Positions 1 through 9,137 of a stretch of 64,000 nucleotides of DNA are shown one piece after another; within the stretch, counting starts at the first letter, position 1, and each line of letters opens with the position of its first letter. The DNA comes from Candidatus Aenigmatarchaeota archaeon (lineage in GTDB: Archaea; Aenigmatarchaeota; Aenigmatarchaeia; JACPZZ01): the NCBI GenBank assembly GCA_016180965.1, contig JACPAF010000001.1, forward strand, positions 223,513 to 287,512. Direction: 5' to 3'. A program made the position numbers and the translations under genes. The notes below the pieces were generated by a model that ran no database searches, was not told the DNA's origin, and saw only the letters and a list, made by a program, of their open reading frames with translations.

Positions 1-2
1 AC

Positions 3-203
3 GTCATTTCAGAAGAAAAAAGAAGGAAATCGCATTCCAGCGTTGATGAGGTGGCGGAAATCGCAAAGAAGGCGGAAGTTAAAAAATTAATTCTGACGCA
101 TTTCTCAAGGCGTTACAGTTCGTTGAAAGATTTCGAGACGTCGGCAAAGAAAATATTTCCCGAAACTATAACTGCGAAGGATTTTATGAGGGTAAAGCTT
201 TAG
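3..203 (+). CDS. rnz: Ribonuclease Z, C-terminal part (truncated by window edge)
   Basis: Manual translation: ...HSSVDEVAEIAKKAEVKKLILTHFSRRY...AKDFMRVKL*; matches the RNase Z C-terminal HS and LTHFSxRY motifs. Confidence 0.85.
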   Translation, partial: VISEEKRRKSHSSVDEVAEIAKKAEVKKLILTHFSRRYSSLKDFETSAKKIFPETITAKDFMRVKL

Positions 204-253
204 AGGCTTTGCTCTCGTAAGCGTATTTAAGTTTTTGCCCTGTACATTATGGA

Positions 254-769
254 ATGCAACGAGTCGCGATGTTAGGAAGATTCCAGCCTGTACACACAGG
301 CCATGAAAATGCGATAAGGCGCGCTTACTCTTTGGGTGACGTGACCGTAGGGATTTATTCTGTATCTCAGTCTGTTTATAACCCATTCACGCCGGATGAA
401 GTAGATAAAATGTTGCATAACTCATTTCCTGATTTAAAAACTTTTGTGATCGAGCCGACGTGGAATCCATACCGTTTTGTAAACATGCTGGAAAAGGGAG
501 CTCAAACTACATCGATTTATACAAGGAGCAGGAGGGCCAAAGTCCTGATGGAGATGCTTGGTTTTTCTGTAATCTACGAGAAGAAGTCCGGACCCAATTC
601 ATCCTTGATAAGAAATTCGATTTATGACGGAAGCGACGGATGGAAAACGTGGGTTAATCCTTTAAATGTAGAGATTATCGAGTCTGCAGCCAGACGGCCT
701 TTAGCTGGGCCTAGAGTGTTTTCATTCGGGTTGATGGAGGATCTTTACAAACATGGAATAGGTTTTTGA
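254..769 (+). CDS. Nicotinamide-nucleotide adenylyltransferase-like cytidylyltransferase
   Basis: N-terminal GRFQPVHTGH (HxGH) motif, NPFT and SSLIR motifs. Confidence 0.75.
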   Translation: MQRVAMLGRFQPVHTGHENAIRRAYSLGDVTVGIYSVSQSVYNPFTPDEVDKMLHNSFPDLKTFVIEPTWNPYRFVNMLEKGAQTTSIYTRSRRAKVLMEMLGFSVIYEKKSGPNSSLIRNSIYDGSDGWKTWVNPLNVEIIESAARRPLAGPRVFSFGLMEDLYKHGIGF

Positions 770-770
770 T

Positions 771-1289
771 TCAGGAAATGTCCTTACCGTGAGCCGCCGG
801 ATTTATTTTTCTCCTTGCGTTTTTGAAATCTTTTTTTAATTCCTGTGATTGGAAAATATGATCCAAAAAGACTGCGATGCTGCTTACCTCGGAATGCGGC
901 TGCGTTGTAACGGAGATATTATAATCGGCTAATTGGTAAATTTCCGGCGGGACTTTTTCGCCTCCTGCGACTAACAGGATTTTTTTCTCTTTGCGCATTT
1001 CCTTCTCGGTGTCTTGTAATCGCAGCCCGTACATTGTTAGATGAGCGATTTTGTAACCTTCGGAAGAATATTTTTTAATAATGTCTCTCCAAGTCTGCGA
1101 AAAAGATATTTTAAAGTCGCCGCCCCATTCGGACGAAATTTTTTCTATGTTTTTTCTTAGTTTCTCGTCGGCGTCGCCCACGATAATTATTTCTTCCGCC
1201 CCGAACGCCCGTGAGGCGAGAGCGCAATGCGTCGTAATTCGTTGGTCGCGGAATATGCGATGGCCGATACGAAGCACGGAGATTTTCAA
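771..1289 (-). CDS. trm56: tRNA (cytidine(56)-2'-O)-methyltransferase
   Basis: LRIGHRxxRDxRITTH, HLTMYG, GGEKVP, QPHSEV motifs; probable TTG start at 1289. Confidence 0.95.
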   Translation of the reverse strand: MKISVLRIGHRIFRDQRITTHCALASRAFGAEEIIIVGDADEKLRKNIEKISSEWGGDFKISFSQTWRDIIKKYSSEGYKIAHLTMYGLRLQDTEKEMRKEKKILLVAGGEKVPPEIYQLADYNISVTTQPHSEVSSIAVFLDHIFQSQELKKDFKNARRKINPAAHGKDIS

Positions 1290-1355
1290 TTGTTTACACC
1301 TTCTACTAGGTAAATTGACGTGTGCCATACAAAGCAGGCACACGTTAGTTATCAA

Positions 1356-1537
1356 TAGCCCCGGGCGGATTCGAAATCGGCAGTGCGAAATTATTACACT
1401 TCAGCACTTCCGCCGTTTACGGGTGGCTTCTGACTGAAACATATGCTATTTAGCATGCATATGTTTCGAGCTACACCCAAAGCCCGCCGTGCTTTGCCGT
1501 GATTACAAAATCACTTTGGCCGCTGCACTACGGGGCT
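1356..1537 (-). tRNA. tRNA-Gln(TTG) with three introns (21/22, 37/38, 53/54)
   Basis: Removing 1493-1515, 1425-1476 and 1376-1409 gives a 73-nt cloverleaf AGCCCCG TA GTGC AGCGGCCAA GCAC G GCGGG CTTTGGA CCCGT AAAC GGCGG TTCGAAT CCGCC CGGGGCT A; BHB-like junctions; TATA-like box ~30 nt upstream. Confidence 0.9.
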
Positions 1538-1600
1538 ATGCCTTATACCATTTTTTCAGATAAGCATATAAGATTCGGCGCTCAAATAGGAGTAGGGTTT

Positions 1601-2332
1601 ATTCAGAATCAATATAAAAAAGAGTTTGTAAAATTTCTTCTAGACTCTGGCGCGTTACGCGTTGGGTCGTTCCGCCTGAAGAGTGGAAGAGAGTCGCCTT
1701 ATTTTATCAACACAGGCCTTTTTGACGACGGTTATATGATAACCAAGCTCGGCGAATTTTATGCTGCCGCGGCGATCGATGTTGTGGGAATCGATTTCGA
1801 CACAGTTTTTGGACCACCTTACAAAGGCATACCTCTCGCTGTTGCCACTTCGATGGCGCTGGCTGGAAGGAGAATAAACAGAGGTTGGTCATCTTACAGG
1901 AAAGAGGTTAAAGACCATGGAGAGGCCACAGAACATGAAAGGACTAAGTCGCAGCTCCAAAAGGAGTTGATTATCGGACATGAGATAACTGACGGTTCTA
2001 GGGTACTTTTGGTAGACGATGTCCTTACAACTGGAGGGACAAAGGAGGAGGCGCTGGATATTTTATACCGAGTGGCGGACAATGTCAAGGTCGTTGCGGG
2101 TTTGATAGCGGTTGACAGGCAAGAGCTTGATGAACAGGGAAAGGACGCGGTGGCAGAGTTCAAACAAAAGACGGGTGTTCAATTCTTTTCGATTGCCACC
2201 ACATCCGACATATTGGAATATTTGGGCGAATTCGGCGGAGTTACAGAGGAGCAAACGACCGCCTTTAGGAGCTACATATTTAGATGGGGAACTGAAGAAG
2301 CTAGGAGAAGATTGACAAGCCAGCTTTACTAA
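1601..2332 (+). CDS. pyrE: Orotate phosphoribosyltransferase (start uncertain)
   Basis: FRLKSGRESPYF, FGPPYKGIP, RKEVKDHGE, LVDDVLTTG; the longer ORF start at 1499 overlaps the tRNA. Confidence 0.9.
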   Translation: MQNQYKKEFVKFLLDSGALRVGSFRLKSGRESPYFINTGLFDDGYMITKLGEFYAAAAIDVVGIDFDTVFGPPYKGIPLAVATSMALAGRRINRGWSSYRKEVKDHGEATEHERTKSQLQKELIIGHEITDGSRVLLVDDVLTTGGTKEEALDILYRVADNVKVVAGLIAVDRQELDEQGKDAVAEFKQKTGVQFFSIATTSDILEYLGEFGGVTEEQTTAFRSYIFRWGTEEARRRLTSQLY

Positions 2333-2447
2333 TTCTGTGACATTTGGTTAATGATTTAAGCTGTCCCGACCAATTTCAAAAAGGTGAAAGTCTTGGCAGA
2401 CCATAGCGGTGAATTGAAAACAGGTTACAATTTCTTCTTACTCGGAC

Positions 2448-2696
2448 GTGCCAAGGCTTAACAGCGGTTCTACGAATGTCCATTTCCGCAAATTTTTGAG
2501 CCTGCGTTTGCTGATGAAGGTTTTATCGATCTGTCCTAATTTGGAGAGTATAACGATTTCAAAATACGCTTACGGAAGAGCCTCTTTCAATGCGTTGCAG
2601 GCTCCCGGAATACGATTTTTCATTTCGGGCAGAAAGGCCGGCAGGCCAATCGGCGAAGGTTTAATAAAGTGCGCAGCAAAAACAGTAATTGGATGA
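2448..2696 (+). CDS. Small hypothetical protein, possibly DUF1699-like
   Basis: ORF directly upstream of thrS; CPNLESI segment recalls DUF1699. Confidence 0.4.
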   Translation: MPRLNSGSTNVHFRKFLSLRLLMKVLSICPNLESITISKYAYGRASFNALQAPGIRFFISGRKAGRPIGEGLIKCAAKTVIG

Positions 2697-2700
2697 TCAA

Positions 2701-4368
2701 ATGAGAATTTTACAATTGCACGCCGATTCGGTCGAATATGAGCCTGTAAAAAAGGAAATAAAAACCGCTGAAGAGGTAGAGTTGAAGAAATATTCTTTCA
2801 GCGATGTGATGGTTGTTTTGACCGCGGTCGAGAAAGGCGATTCGAAGGAGACTGCTGATTGGGCGATTGATGACGCGAAAAAATTCATGGAACGAATGAA
2901 GATAAGCAAACTTTTGATCTATCCGTATGCGCATATCAGCTCGAATTTAGCTTCGCCATTTGATGCTATGGATCTGATACTCGAAATGGAAAAACATGCC
3001 AAACAGCTGGACATTGATGTTAGCCACGCGCCGTTTGGGTGGAACAAGCGATTTGCGATCTCTGTTAAAGGCCACCCGATGGCGGAGATGTCCCGTTCAT
3101 ACACGGGAAAACCTGTTGCGAAAGAGGTTAAGGTTGAAGTTAAACCCGTGGCACAGGAGCAGCCGCTGGAAAAACTGCCGGATAATGACCACCGTGTTCT
3201 TGGACAAAAGTTAAATTTATTCAGCTTCCAGGCGGAAGCGCCGGGCATGACGTTCTACCATCCCGGAGGTATGACAGTGCGCAATGAACTAATAAAATTC
3301 TCGCGCGAGAAACAAGCTGCGGCAGGCTACATAGAAATAATGACGCCCATAATCATGAAACGCAGCGTTTGGGAGCAAAGCGGGCATTGGGACCATTACA
3401 AGAACAATATGTTTTTCACAGAGACCGAGGATGCCCAATACGCGATTAAGCCGATGAACTGTCCTGGTGCGATACTCTATTTTAAAAACTCGAAACGCAG
3501 CTATCGCGAGTTGCCGATGCGCGTTTCGGAGTTCGGGATGATACATCGGAATGAGTTAAGCGGAACCTTGGGCGGGCTGTTCCGCGTGCGCGAATTCACT
3601 CAGGACGATGCGCATTTGTTCGTGCGTCCGGACCAGTTAACCGAAGAGTTAACTAATGTCATCGGCCTGGTCGAGGAATTTTACACTCAATTCGGGTTTG
3701 ATTTTCGCGTCGAGCTTTCTACGAAACCTGAAAACTCGATAGGTTCCGACGACCTGTGGTCGAAGGCTGAAGCGGCTTTGGAGGCTGCGATAAAGGAACG
3801 AAAATTAAATTATAAAATAAATCCGGGCGACGGCGCTTTTTACGGGCCCAAAATCGATTTCCATATCAAGGATTCCTTGGGAAGGACGTGGCAATGCGGG
3901 ACCGTGCAGGTCGATTTCTTCATGCCTCAGCGTTTCTCGATTTCCTACGTCGATGCCGGCGGGAAAGAAACTGTTCCGATTATCATACACCGCGCGATAT
4001 ACGGAAGCGTAGAAAGATTTTTGGGAATTTTAACGGAACATTACAACGGCTCGTTCCCTTTGTGGTTGGCACCAATCCAGGTTAAGGTTTTGCCCATCAC
4101 CGACAGCAACGTCGAATATTCGAAAAAAGTCGTCGACGCGCTGCGTTCTGTCGGGGTTCGCACGGAAGGCGATTACGAAAACCATACGCTGGATTATAAA
4201 ATACGGAATGCTTCTATGCAAAAAATATTTTATACTATAATAATCGGCAACAAGGAGGAGGAAAAGAAAACCATCGCTTTGCGCGGCCGTGACGGCAAGA
4301 CGCAATACGATGTTAATCTGGAAGAGTTTGTAAAAGAAATCCAATTCGAAATTTCGCGCAGGTCGTAG
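2701..4368 (+). CDS. thrS: Threonine--tRNA ligase
   Basis: Archaeal editing domain (MRILQLH, YPYAHIS, APFGW, GHP) plus class II core (SGHWDHY, KPMNCP, HRNELSG, GAFYGPKID, WQCGTVQ, IIHRAIYGS). Confidence 0.97.
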   Translation: MRILQLHADSVEYEPVKKEIKTAEEVELKKYSFSDVMVVLTAVEKGDSKETADWAIDDAKKFMERMKISKLLIYPYAHISSNLASPFDAMDLILEMEKHAKQLDIDVSHAPFGWNKRFAISVKGHPMAEMSRSYTGKPVAKEVKVEVKPVAQEQPLEKLPDNDHRVLGQKLNLFSFQAEAPGMTFYHPGGMTVRNELIKFSREKQAAAGYIEIMTPIIMKRSVWEQSGHWDHYKNNMFFTETEDAQYAIKPMNCPGAILYFKNSKRSYRELPMRVSEFGMIHRNELSGTLGGLFRVREFTQDDAHLFVRPDQLTEELTNVIGLVEEFYTQFGFDFRVELSTKPENSIGSDDLWSKAEAALEAAIKERKLNYKINPGDGAFYGPKIDFHIKDSLGRTWQCGTVQVDFFMPQRFSISYVDAGGKETVPIIIHRAIYGSVERFLGILTEHYNGSFPLWLAPIQVKVLPITDSNVEYSKKVVDALRSVGVRTEGDYENHTLDYKIRNASMQKIFYTIIIGNKEEEKKTIALRGRDGKTQYDVNLEEFVKEIQFEISRRS

Positions 4369-4433
4369 AATCATTTGCATCGTAAACTGACGCATACCAA
4401 GTATGCGTCTAGCTACTAAACACATGATTCAGT
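4366..4433. repeat. Nested pair of asymmetric palindromic mini-elements
   Basis: Outer TAGAATCAT...ATGATTCAGT encloses an inverted copy ACTGACGCATAC-CAA-GTATGCGTCTAGCT (4386-4414). Confidence 0.7.
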
Positions 4434-4480
4434 CGGCAAATGGATTTGCCTGATTCTGCAAAAAAATAACGTTTCAGGCG

Positions 4481-4496
4481 AAAAAAGTTTATATAA
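4481..4496 (+). promoter_or_regulatory. BRE/TATA box upstream of the ftsZ leader
   Basis: AAAAAAG-TTTATATA fits the archaeal promoter consensus. Confidence 0.55.
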
Positions 4497-4519
4497 CAGT
4501 TTCACCAATTACTATCAAT

Positions 4520-4800
4520 TAGGGAGAATTTCTCCTTGTGTAAACGGCGCTTCGCCGCCGGTTCTTGGTTTGCACTTTGACGTGACGGGGCAACCTATCG
4601 CGTTTGAGCGGGCGCAAGTAATAGAAAACCATGGGTTTTCTATTTGAGAAATCCTTGACGGATTTCTCAATATTGCACTTTTGGGCTGTCTAACAAGTTT
4701 AGAACAGCCTGTCTATGTGTGAGCTCACAGGAAACTTCGTTTCCTGTGCACGAAAACCTTGTGGTTTTCGTTGTTTCAAAAAAGCTCAACCAAAAGAGAA
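4520..4800 (+). other. Hairpin-rich long 5' leader or putative ncRNA upstream of ftsZ
   Basis: Consecutive inverted repeats such as GAAAACC/GGTTTTC, TTGAGAAATCC/GGATTTCTCAA, CAGGAAAC/GTTTCCTG, CGAAAACC/GGTTTTCG. Confidence 0.45.
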
Positions 4801-4814
4801 TGGAGGGGAATTGT

Positions 4815-5931
4815 ATGTCAATATTGGAGTCGGTTTTGAGTCGTGGGGCAACAGGCCACGGAAATGCGGAATCCGGAGTTACTATGAAAAACTTCGATTA
4901 CGAAAAGATAACTGAGCAGGAATTTGGCTTTAGCATGAAACGCGCCAGGATCGTTGTCGTTGGATGCGGTGGAGGCGGAACAAACTCTATCAACCGATTG
5001 GCAGAAATGGGCGTTGAAGGCGCAACCACAGTTGCGTTGAACACAGATGCAAAGCATTTGGCGGTCATAAAATCTGACAAGAAGATTTTGATTGGAAAAG
5101 AACTAACGCGCGGTTTGGGAGCAGGCGGTTACCCAGAGATCGGAAAGAAAGCGGCAGAGGAAAGCCGCACACAATTGAAAGAGTCGCTCACCGGCGCAGA
5201 CTTAGTTTTCTTAACAGCAGGGATGGGCGGAGGGACAGGAACAGGTTCCGCGCCTGTGGTTTCAGAGATAGCGAAGGAGATGGGTGCGATCGTTATCGGA
5301 GTTGTAACGATGCCTTTCAAGATTGAAGGCGCACGTATCGTAAAAGCTGAGAACGGTCTCGGAAAATTACGCGAAGCTTGCGACACAGTCATTGTCATTG
5401 AAAACGACAAGCTGTTAGAATTTGCAGGCGACTTGCCAATACAACAGGCTTTCGCTGTTGCAGACGAATTGATTGCGGGAATGGTCAAAGGCATAACCGA
5501 GACAATAACATTGCCGTCGTTGGTCAATTTGGACTACGCTGACGTGAAGGCGATAATGCATTCCGGCGGCGTTGCGGCGATTGGACTTGGATTTTCAAAC
5601 AGCTCTGACCGTGCTCGCGATGCGGTTACAAAAGCATTGCCCGTTGTTAGAAGTTGATTACCAAGGCGCTTCAGGCGCGTTGATACACATAACAGGCGGG
5701 CCAGACCTCAAATTGTCCGAAGTTAACCAGATAGGCGCAATAGTTTCGTCGCATTTGGATCCTTCGGCACAGGTTATCTGGGGCGCGCGAGTACAACCGG
5801 ATTTCCATGGCAAGGTCCAGGTAATAACAATAATAACAGGTGTGAACAGCCCGTACATACTCGGCCAGGTGCACAGAGAGGCTTCCCCGGCCTTGGGAAT
5901 AAGCGAGCTTGGCATAGACAAGATTGCGTAA
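4815..5931 (+). CDS. ftsZ: Cell division protein FtsZ, frameshifted near 5640 in this sequence
   Basis: GCGGGG, NTD, GMGGGTGTG, NLDYAD in one frame; PLLEVD...HITGG...VIWGA...ITG in the next frame; about 5 nt missing at KAL|PLL. Confidence 0.93.
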
Positions 5932-5932
5932 G

Positions 5933-5960
5933 CTTTTTAGAAAAAAGCTTAACCAAAAAA
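5933..5960 (+). repeat. 28-bp interspersed repeat (identical copy at 33676-33703)
   Basis: CTTTTTAGAAAAAAGCTTAACCAAAAAA at both sites. Confidence 0.75.
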
Positions 5961-6023
5961 AGTGCGATGAGGCGAAAGCTGAGCACGTTACTTATTTTTT
6001 AATTTGTTAATACGATTAGTGTT

Positions 6024-6152
6024 ATGGAAATAAGATTTAAGCCTGTCCAAGAGTTTTTGTCCAACGGGCGGAACAGGGCTATTTTTATCTTCTGGCTGCT
6101 GATGTTTTTAGTCGGCGTTTTTCTGGCGCTTAAGGTGATGGGGAGGATTTAA
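6024..6152 (+). CDS. 42-aa single-pass membrane protein
   Basis: Manual translation MEIRFKPVQEFLSNGRNRAIFIFWLLMFLVGVFLALKVMGRI*; stop overlaps the next ATG. Confidence 0.55.
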   Translation: MEIRFKPVQEFLSNGRNRAIFIFWLLMFLVGVFLALKVMGRI

Positions 6153-6388
6153 TGTCGGACAAGATACCAAGGGAAGAGGTTGTTAAATGGTTGGAGAGAT
6201 TGGATAAGAAACTAAGTTCAATTGAACCAACGGGTGCAGCAGGAGAAAAGGCTTTACTCAATGCGGAAGCTTATCGCGACGATTCCAAACATTGGTTAAA
6301 GCAGGAAAATTTGTTTTTAGCGTTTGAGGCGTGCGTTTATTCGTGGGCTATCGTAGAGACCGCAGAGAACTTGGGCGCGTTAATTTGA
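6152..6388 (+). CDS. DUF357 family protein
   Basis: AYRDDSKHW...AFEACVYSWA pattern; close to dph5, as is usual. Confidence 0.75.
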   Translation: MSDKIPREEVVKWLERLDKKLSSIEPTGAAGEKALLNAEAYRDDSKHWLKQENLFLAFEACVYSWAIVETAENLGALI

Positions 6389-6468
6389 TTCTGGCAGTAG
6401 TTTATAGGAACGCCACTTCAAAAAGGCTTAAATAGTTATATCTAATATATAATCTAACTAGTGATGTT

Positions 6469-6690
6469 ATGGGCGAGACTCAGTCGACGGTAAAGAAATG
6501 GGGATCTTCGCTAGGTGTTGTTATACCTATCGAGGTTGTGAAACAGAAAGGTTTGCGTGAAGGAGATACGGTGGTGCTGGAGATAAGCAAAAAGAACACG
6601 ATCCGAGAGATCTTCGGATCCTTGAAGCATAACAAGTTAGACTCCCAAAAAATCAAAGATAATCTTAGAAAGGAGTGGAGCAAATGGTAA
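6469..6690 (+). CDS. AbrB/MazE-type antitoxin (VapB-like)
   Basis: KKWGSSLGVVIP...GLREGDTV; overlaps the PIN toxin gene. Confidence 0.9.
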   Translation: MGETQSTVKKWGSSLGVVIPIEVVKQKGLREGDTVVLEISKKNTIREIFGSLKHNKLDSQKIKDNLRKEWSKW

Positions 6691-7049
6691 GGTTTTTTCT
6701 GGATACGTTTGCCATGTTTGAAATAACTAATGGAAATCCAAGATATGAAAAATACCTTAATTATGATTTTTCTACGTCAATGCAAAACCTCTACGAACTT
6801 TACTATAATTTATTGAAAACCAACGGCGAGGATTTCGCAAGGAATTGTTTTAATCGTTTCAGGCATTTCGTTGTCCAGATAAATGATTTGCATATATTCA
6901 ATGCCTCCAAGTTTAGGCTTGACAATTCGAGGCTAAATTTATCTTATGTCGATGCATTAGGTTATGCCATCGCAAAGGAAGAAGAGATCAAATTCCTTAC
7001 GGGCGATAAAGCCTTCAGAAATATGGATAACGTGGAATTTGTGCGCTAG
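6684..7049 (+). CDS. PIN-domain toxin (VapC-like)
   Basis: FLDT, NLYE, LSYVDA, LTGD acidic PIN motifs. Confidence 0.9.
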   Translation: MVRFFLDTFAMFEITNGNPRYEKYLNYDFSTSMQNLYELYYNLLKTNGEDFARNCFNRFRHFVVQINDLHIFNASKFRLDNSRLNLSYVDALGYAIAKEEEIKFLTGDKAFRNMDNVEFVR

Positions 7050-7504
7050 TTCAGATTTTTTAGAACTATGGCCAACGAGAGCGAAGCCCCAAATATAAAA
7101 CCGAAGAACATGCCGGATGCCAGCCAGATGAAATTGTTTGTCGAAAGATAGACTAAAATAAATCCGAACAGGACCGCTGCTATGTACGTCGGAAGCTCGT
7201 GACCGATTTTTTTATTTAGCATTTTTAGTCTTTGTTTCTGCTTTGTTTTGACGCTGTAGAATTTGCGGTAGAAGTTCCAGTTCCTGGAGAATATATGATG
7301 CCAATAAGCGCCGAAGAAAAAACCTACGGATATGCCGAGAAGAAAACCGGAGTAGATGCGCTCACCGGCTTCCGGATATAACGAAATTGCTTTTATGAAG
7401 AACAATGCGGCTATTACGGCGGTTAAAGCGTTAGCTCCGGGAGTCATGGTCCAGATAAAATTTTCGTGGTGAAGGATTCTGTGGATTTTGCGTACCAGGT
7501 CCAT
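7046..7504 (-). CDS. Hypothetical membrane protein (about 4 TM)
   Basis: Four hydrophobic segments. Confidence 0.65.
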   Translation of the reverse strand: MDLVRKIHRILHHENFIWTMTPGANALTAVIAALFFIKAISLYPEAGERIYSGFLLGISVGFFFGAYWHHIFSRNWNFYRKFYSVKTKQKQRLKMLNKKIGHELPTYIAAVLFGFILVYLSTNNFIWLASGMFFGFIFGASLSLAIVLKNLN

Positions 7505-7555
7505 AATAATAATGACCTAATACCCAATTTAAGGCTTATAGTTCAAGGGAGTTTT

Positions 7556-8308
7556 ATGTTAACAATTGCGGGGTTGGGCGTCTGGGACGAGAACGACATT
7601 TCGCTGAGGTGTTTGGATGCTATTCGGGAAACGAACATAGTTTACGTTGAGTTGTACACGAACCTTTGGAATGGCGATGTTAATAAACTGGAAAAGCTGG
7701 CCGGAAGAAAAATAACGACCCTTCCGAGAAAAGAAGTTGAGGAAGGTTTCGGGAAGATTTTAGACGAAGCCAGGAACGAGAGCGTTTGCCTATTGGTTCC
7801 CGGAGACCCGCTTGCAGCGACGACGCACATGGATTTGGTAATCCAGGCGAGGAAGATGAATGTCGCGACAAGGATAATCCACTCGTCATCAATTTTTACA
7901 GCCGCCGCGGAGAGCGGGTTGCAGTTATACAAGTTCGGCAAGACCGCAACTATCCCTTTATCGGAGAAAACAGGCGGCGTGCTTCCGCAATCTGTGTATG
8001 ACACCATTAAAGGAAACCTAGAGTTGGGTTTGCACACTTTGCTGCTTTTGGACATAGACGTTGAAAATGACAAGAATCTCGGAGTTATGGATGCGTTGCG
8101 CGTTTTGCAGAGGCTGGATAAAGCTAAAATATTGGCAGATAAAAAGTTGGTTGTTGTGTCCAAACTCGGGTCTGCGGAGCAGGTGATAAAATACGGGTTT
8201 GCGGAGGAACTGTTGAAAGCTGGTTTCGGGCTACCGGCAGTCTTGATAGTTCCCGGAAAATTGCATTTCGCCGAGCAAGAGTTTGTTGAGTTCTTTAGTT
8301 TTAAATAA
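7556..8308 (+). CDS. dph5: Diphthine synthase
   Basis: GLG, ExYT, GDPLAATTH, GLQLYKFGKT, GLHTLLLLDI, PGKLHFAE. Confidence 0.96.
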   Translation: MLTIAGLGVWDENDISLRCLDAIRETNIVYVELYTNLWNGDVNKLEKLAGRKITTLPRKEVEEGFGKILDEARNESVCLLVPGDPLAATTHMDLVIQARKMNVATRIIHSSSIFTAAAESGLQLYKFGKTATIPLSEKTGGVLPQSVYDTIKGNLELGLHTLLLLDIDVENDKNLGVMDALRVLQRLDKAKILADKKLVVVSKLGSAEQVIKYGFAEELLKAGFGLPAVLIVPGKLHFAEQEFVEFFSFK

Positions 8309-8337
8309 CCATCCGGATAAAATATTCTAAGGTACCA

Positions 8338-9132
8338 ATGGTCCAACAGGATAAGCTCGGCGTCGCGGAGAATTCTATAACCAGAGGATTGACTTTTCTT
8401 AGGAAAGGGGTTTATGACGAGGTTAGTGGAAATTCCAGGAAAGCTGTTAGAAATCCAGCGGACGTTTTCGGAGCCGCAACAAACCAGTATGTAACTGCTT
8501 ATAAAGCGTTAAATGAAAGCAAACCGGATAAAGATGCGCTGCAGCCTGTAATAGACAGGTACGACAAGGCGATGGCGGATCTGGATCATCTGAAAACAGA
8601 ATTAATTGATTATGCCAAAGAGGCTGCAAACAAAATTGGCCAAAGATCCATACTTTATGTTTCGGGCGTGGAAAAGCTGGTTGTCCAAGAGGAACGTGGC
8701 AGAAAAATTTTAGGCGTCCCTTATGCGCGCAGGCCCAAGGCTGCAAAGGTAAAGGACGCGATAGATAATGCCAGAGGCCAGATAGGCAACATCGTGATAA
8801 CCACAGAGGTCAAAGAAAACGGCCATGAAGTCGGCAGCGGAAAATCTTATATTTTACACTTGCGCGGAGATCTGGCATCGATCAGAAACAATCTCAAACG
8901 GGCTGCGCTGCTCGGCGATCCCGAGGAGAAATACATTACAGGAGTCGAGGGTGATGTGGCACAGGATATGAAATCCATTGACGATTTGGACAAATACCAC
9001 AGGAACCTTTTGTCGGAGAGGTTTAAAGCTGAACAAAAGAAAGCCGAGGATAAAAGGCTGGCGAAACTTGAAAAAGAAAGGCAGCGCGACCTTCGCAAAA
9101 ACCTTAAAGAACTAAGAAAGAGGAAATGGTAA
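8338..9132 (+). CDS. Basic helical hypothetical protein, paralog 1
   Basis: NPADVFGAATNQYVTA and QEERGRKILGVPYARRP shared with neighbours; K/R-rich tail. Confidence 0.8.
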   Translation: MVQQDKLGVAENSITRGLTFLRKGVYDEVSGNSRKAVRNPADVFGAATNQYVTAYKALNESKPDKDALQPVIDRYDKAMADLDHLKTELIDYAKEAANKIGQRSILYVSGVEKLVVQEERGRKILGVPYARRPKAAKVKDAIDNARGQIGNIVITTEVKENGHEVGSGKSYILHLRGDLASIRNNLKRAALLGDPEEKYITGVEGDVAQDMKSIDDLDKYHRNLLSERFKAEQKKAEDKRLAKLEKERQRDLRKNLKELRKRKW

Positions 9133-9137
9133 TTTTT

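Noticed and set aside
1499-1600. N-terminal extension of PyrE in the ORF track
   Set aside because: Overlaps the tRNA-Gln gene and its promoter and shows no PyrE-like sequence
4520-4800. SRP RNA or RNase P RNA
   Set aside because: Could not find the RNase P GAGGAAAGUCC or SRP helix-8 signatures
6024-6152. secE downstream of ftsZ
   Set aside because: Lacks the RKP..EEF SecE motif and no nusG follows
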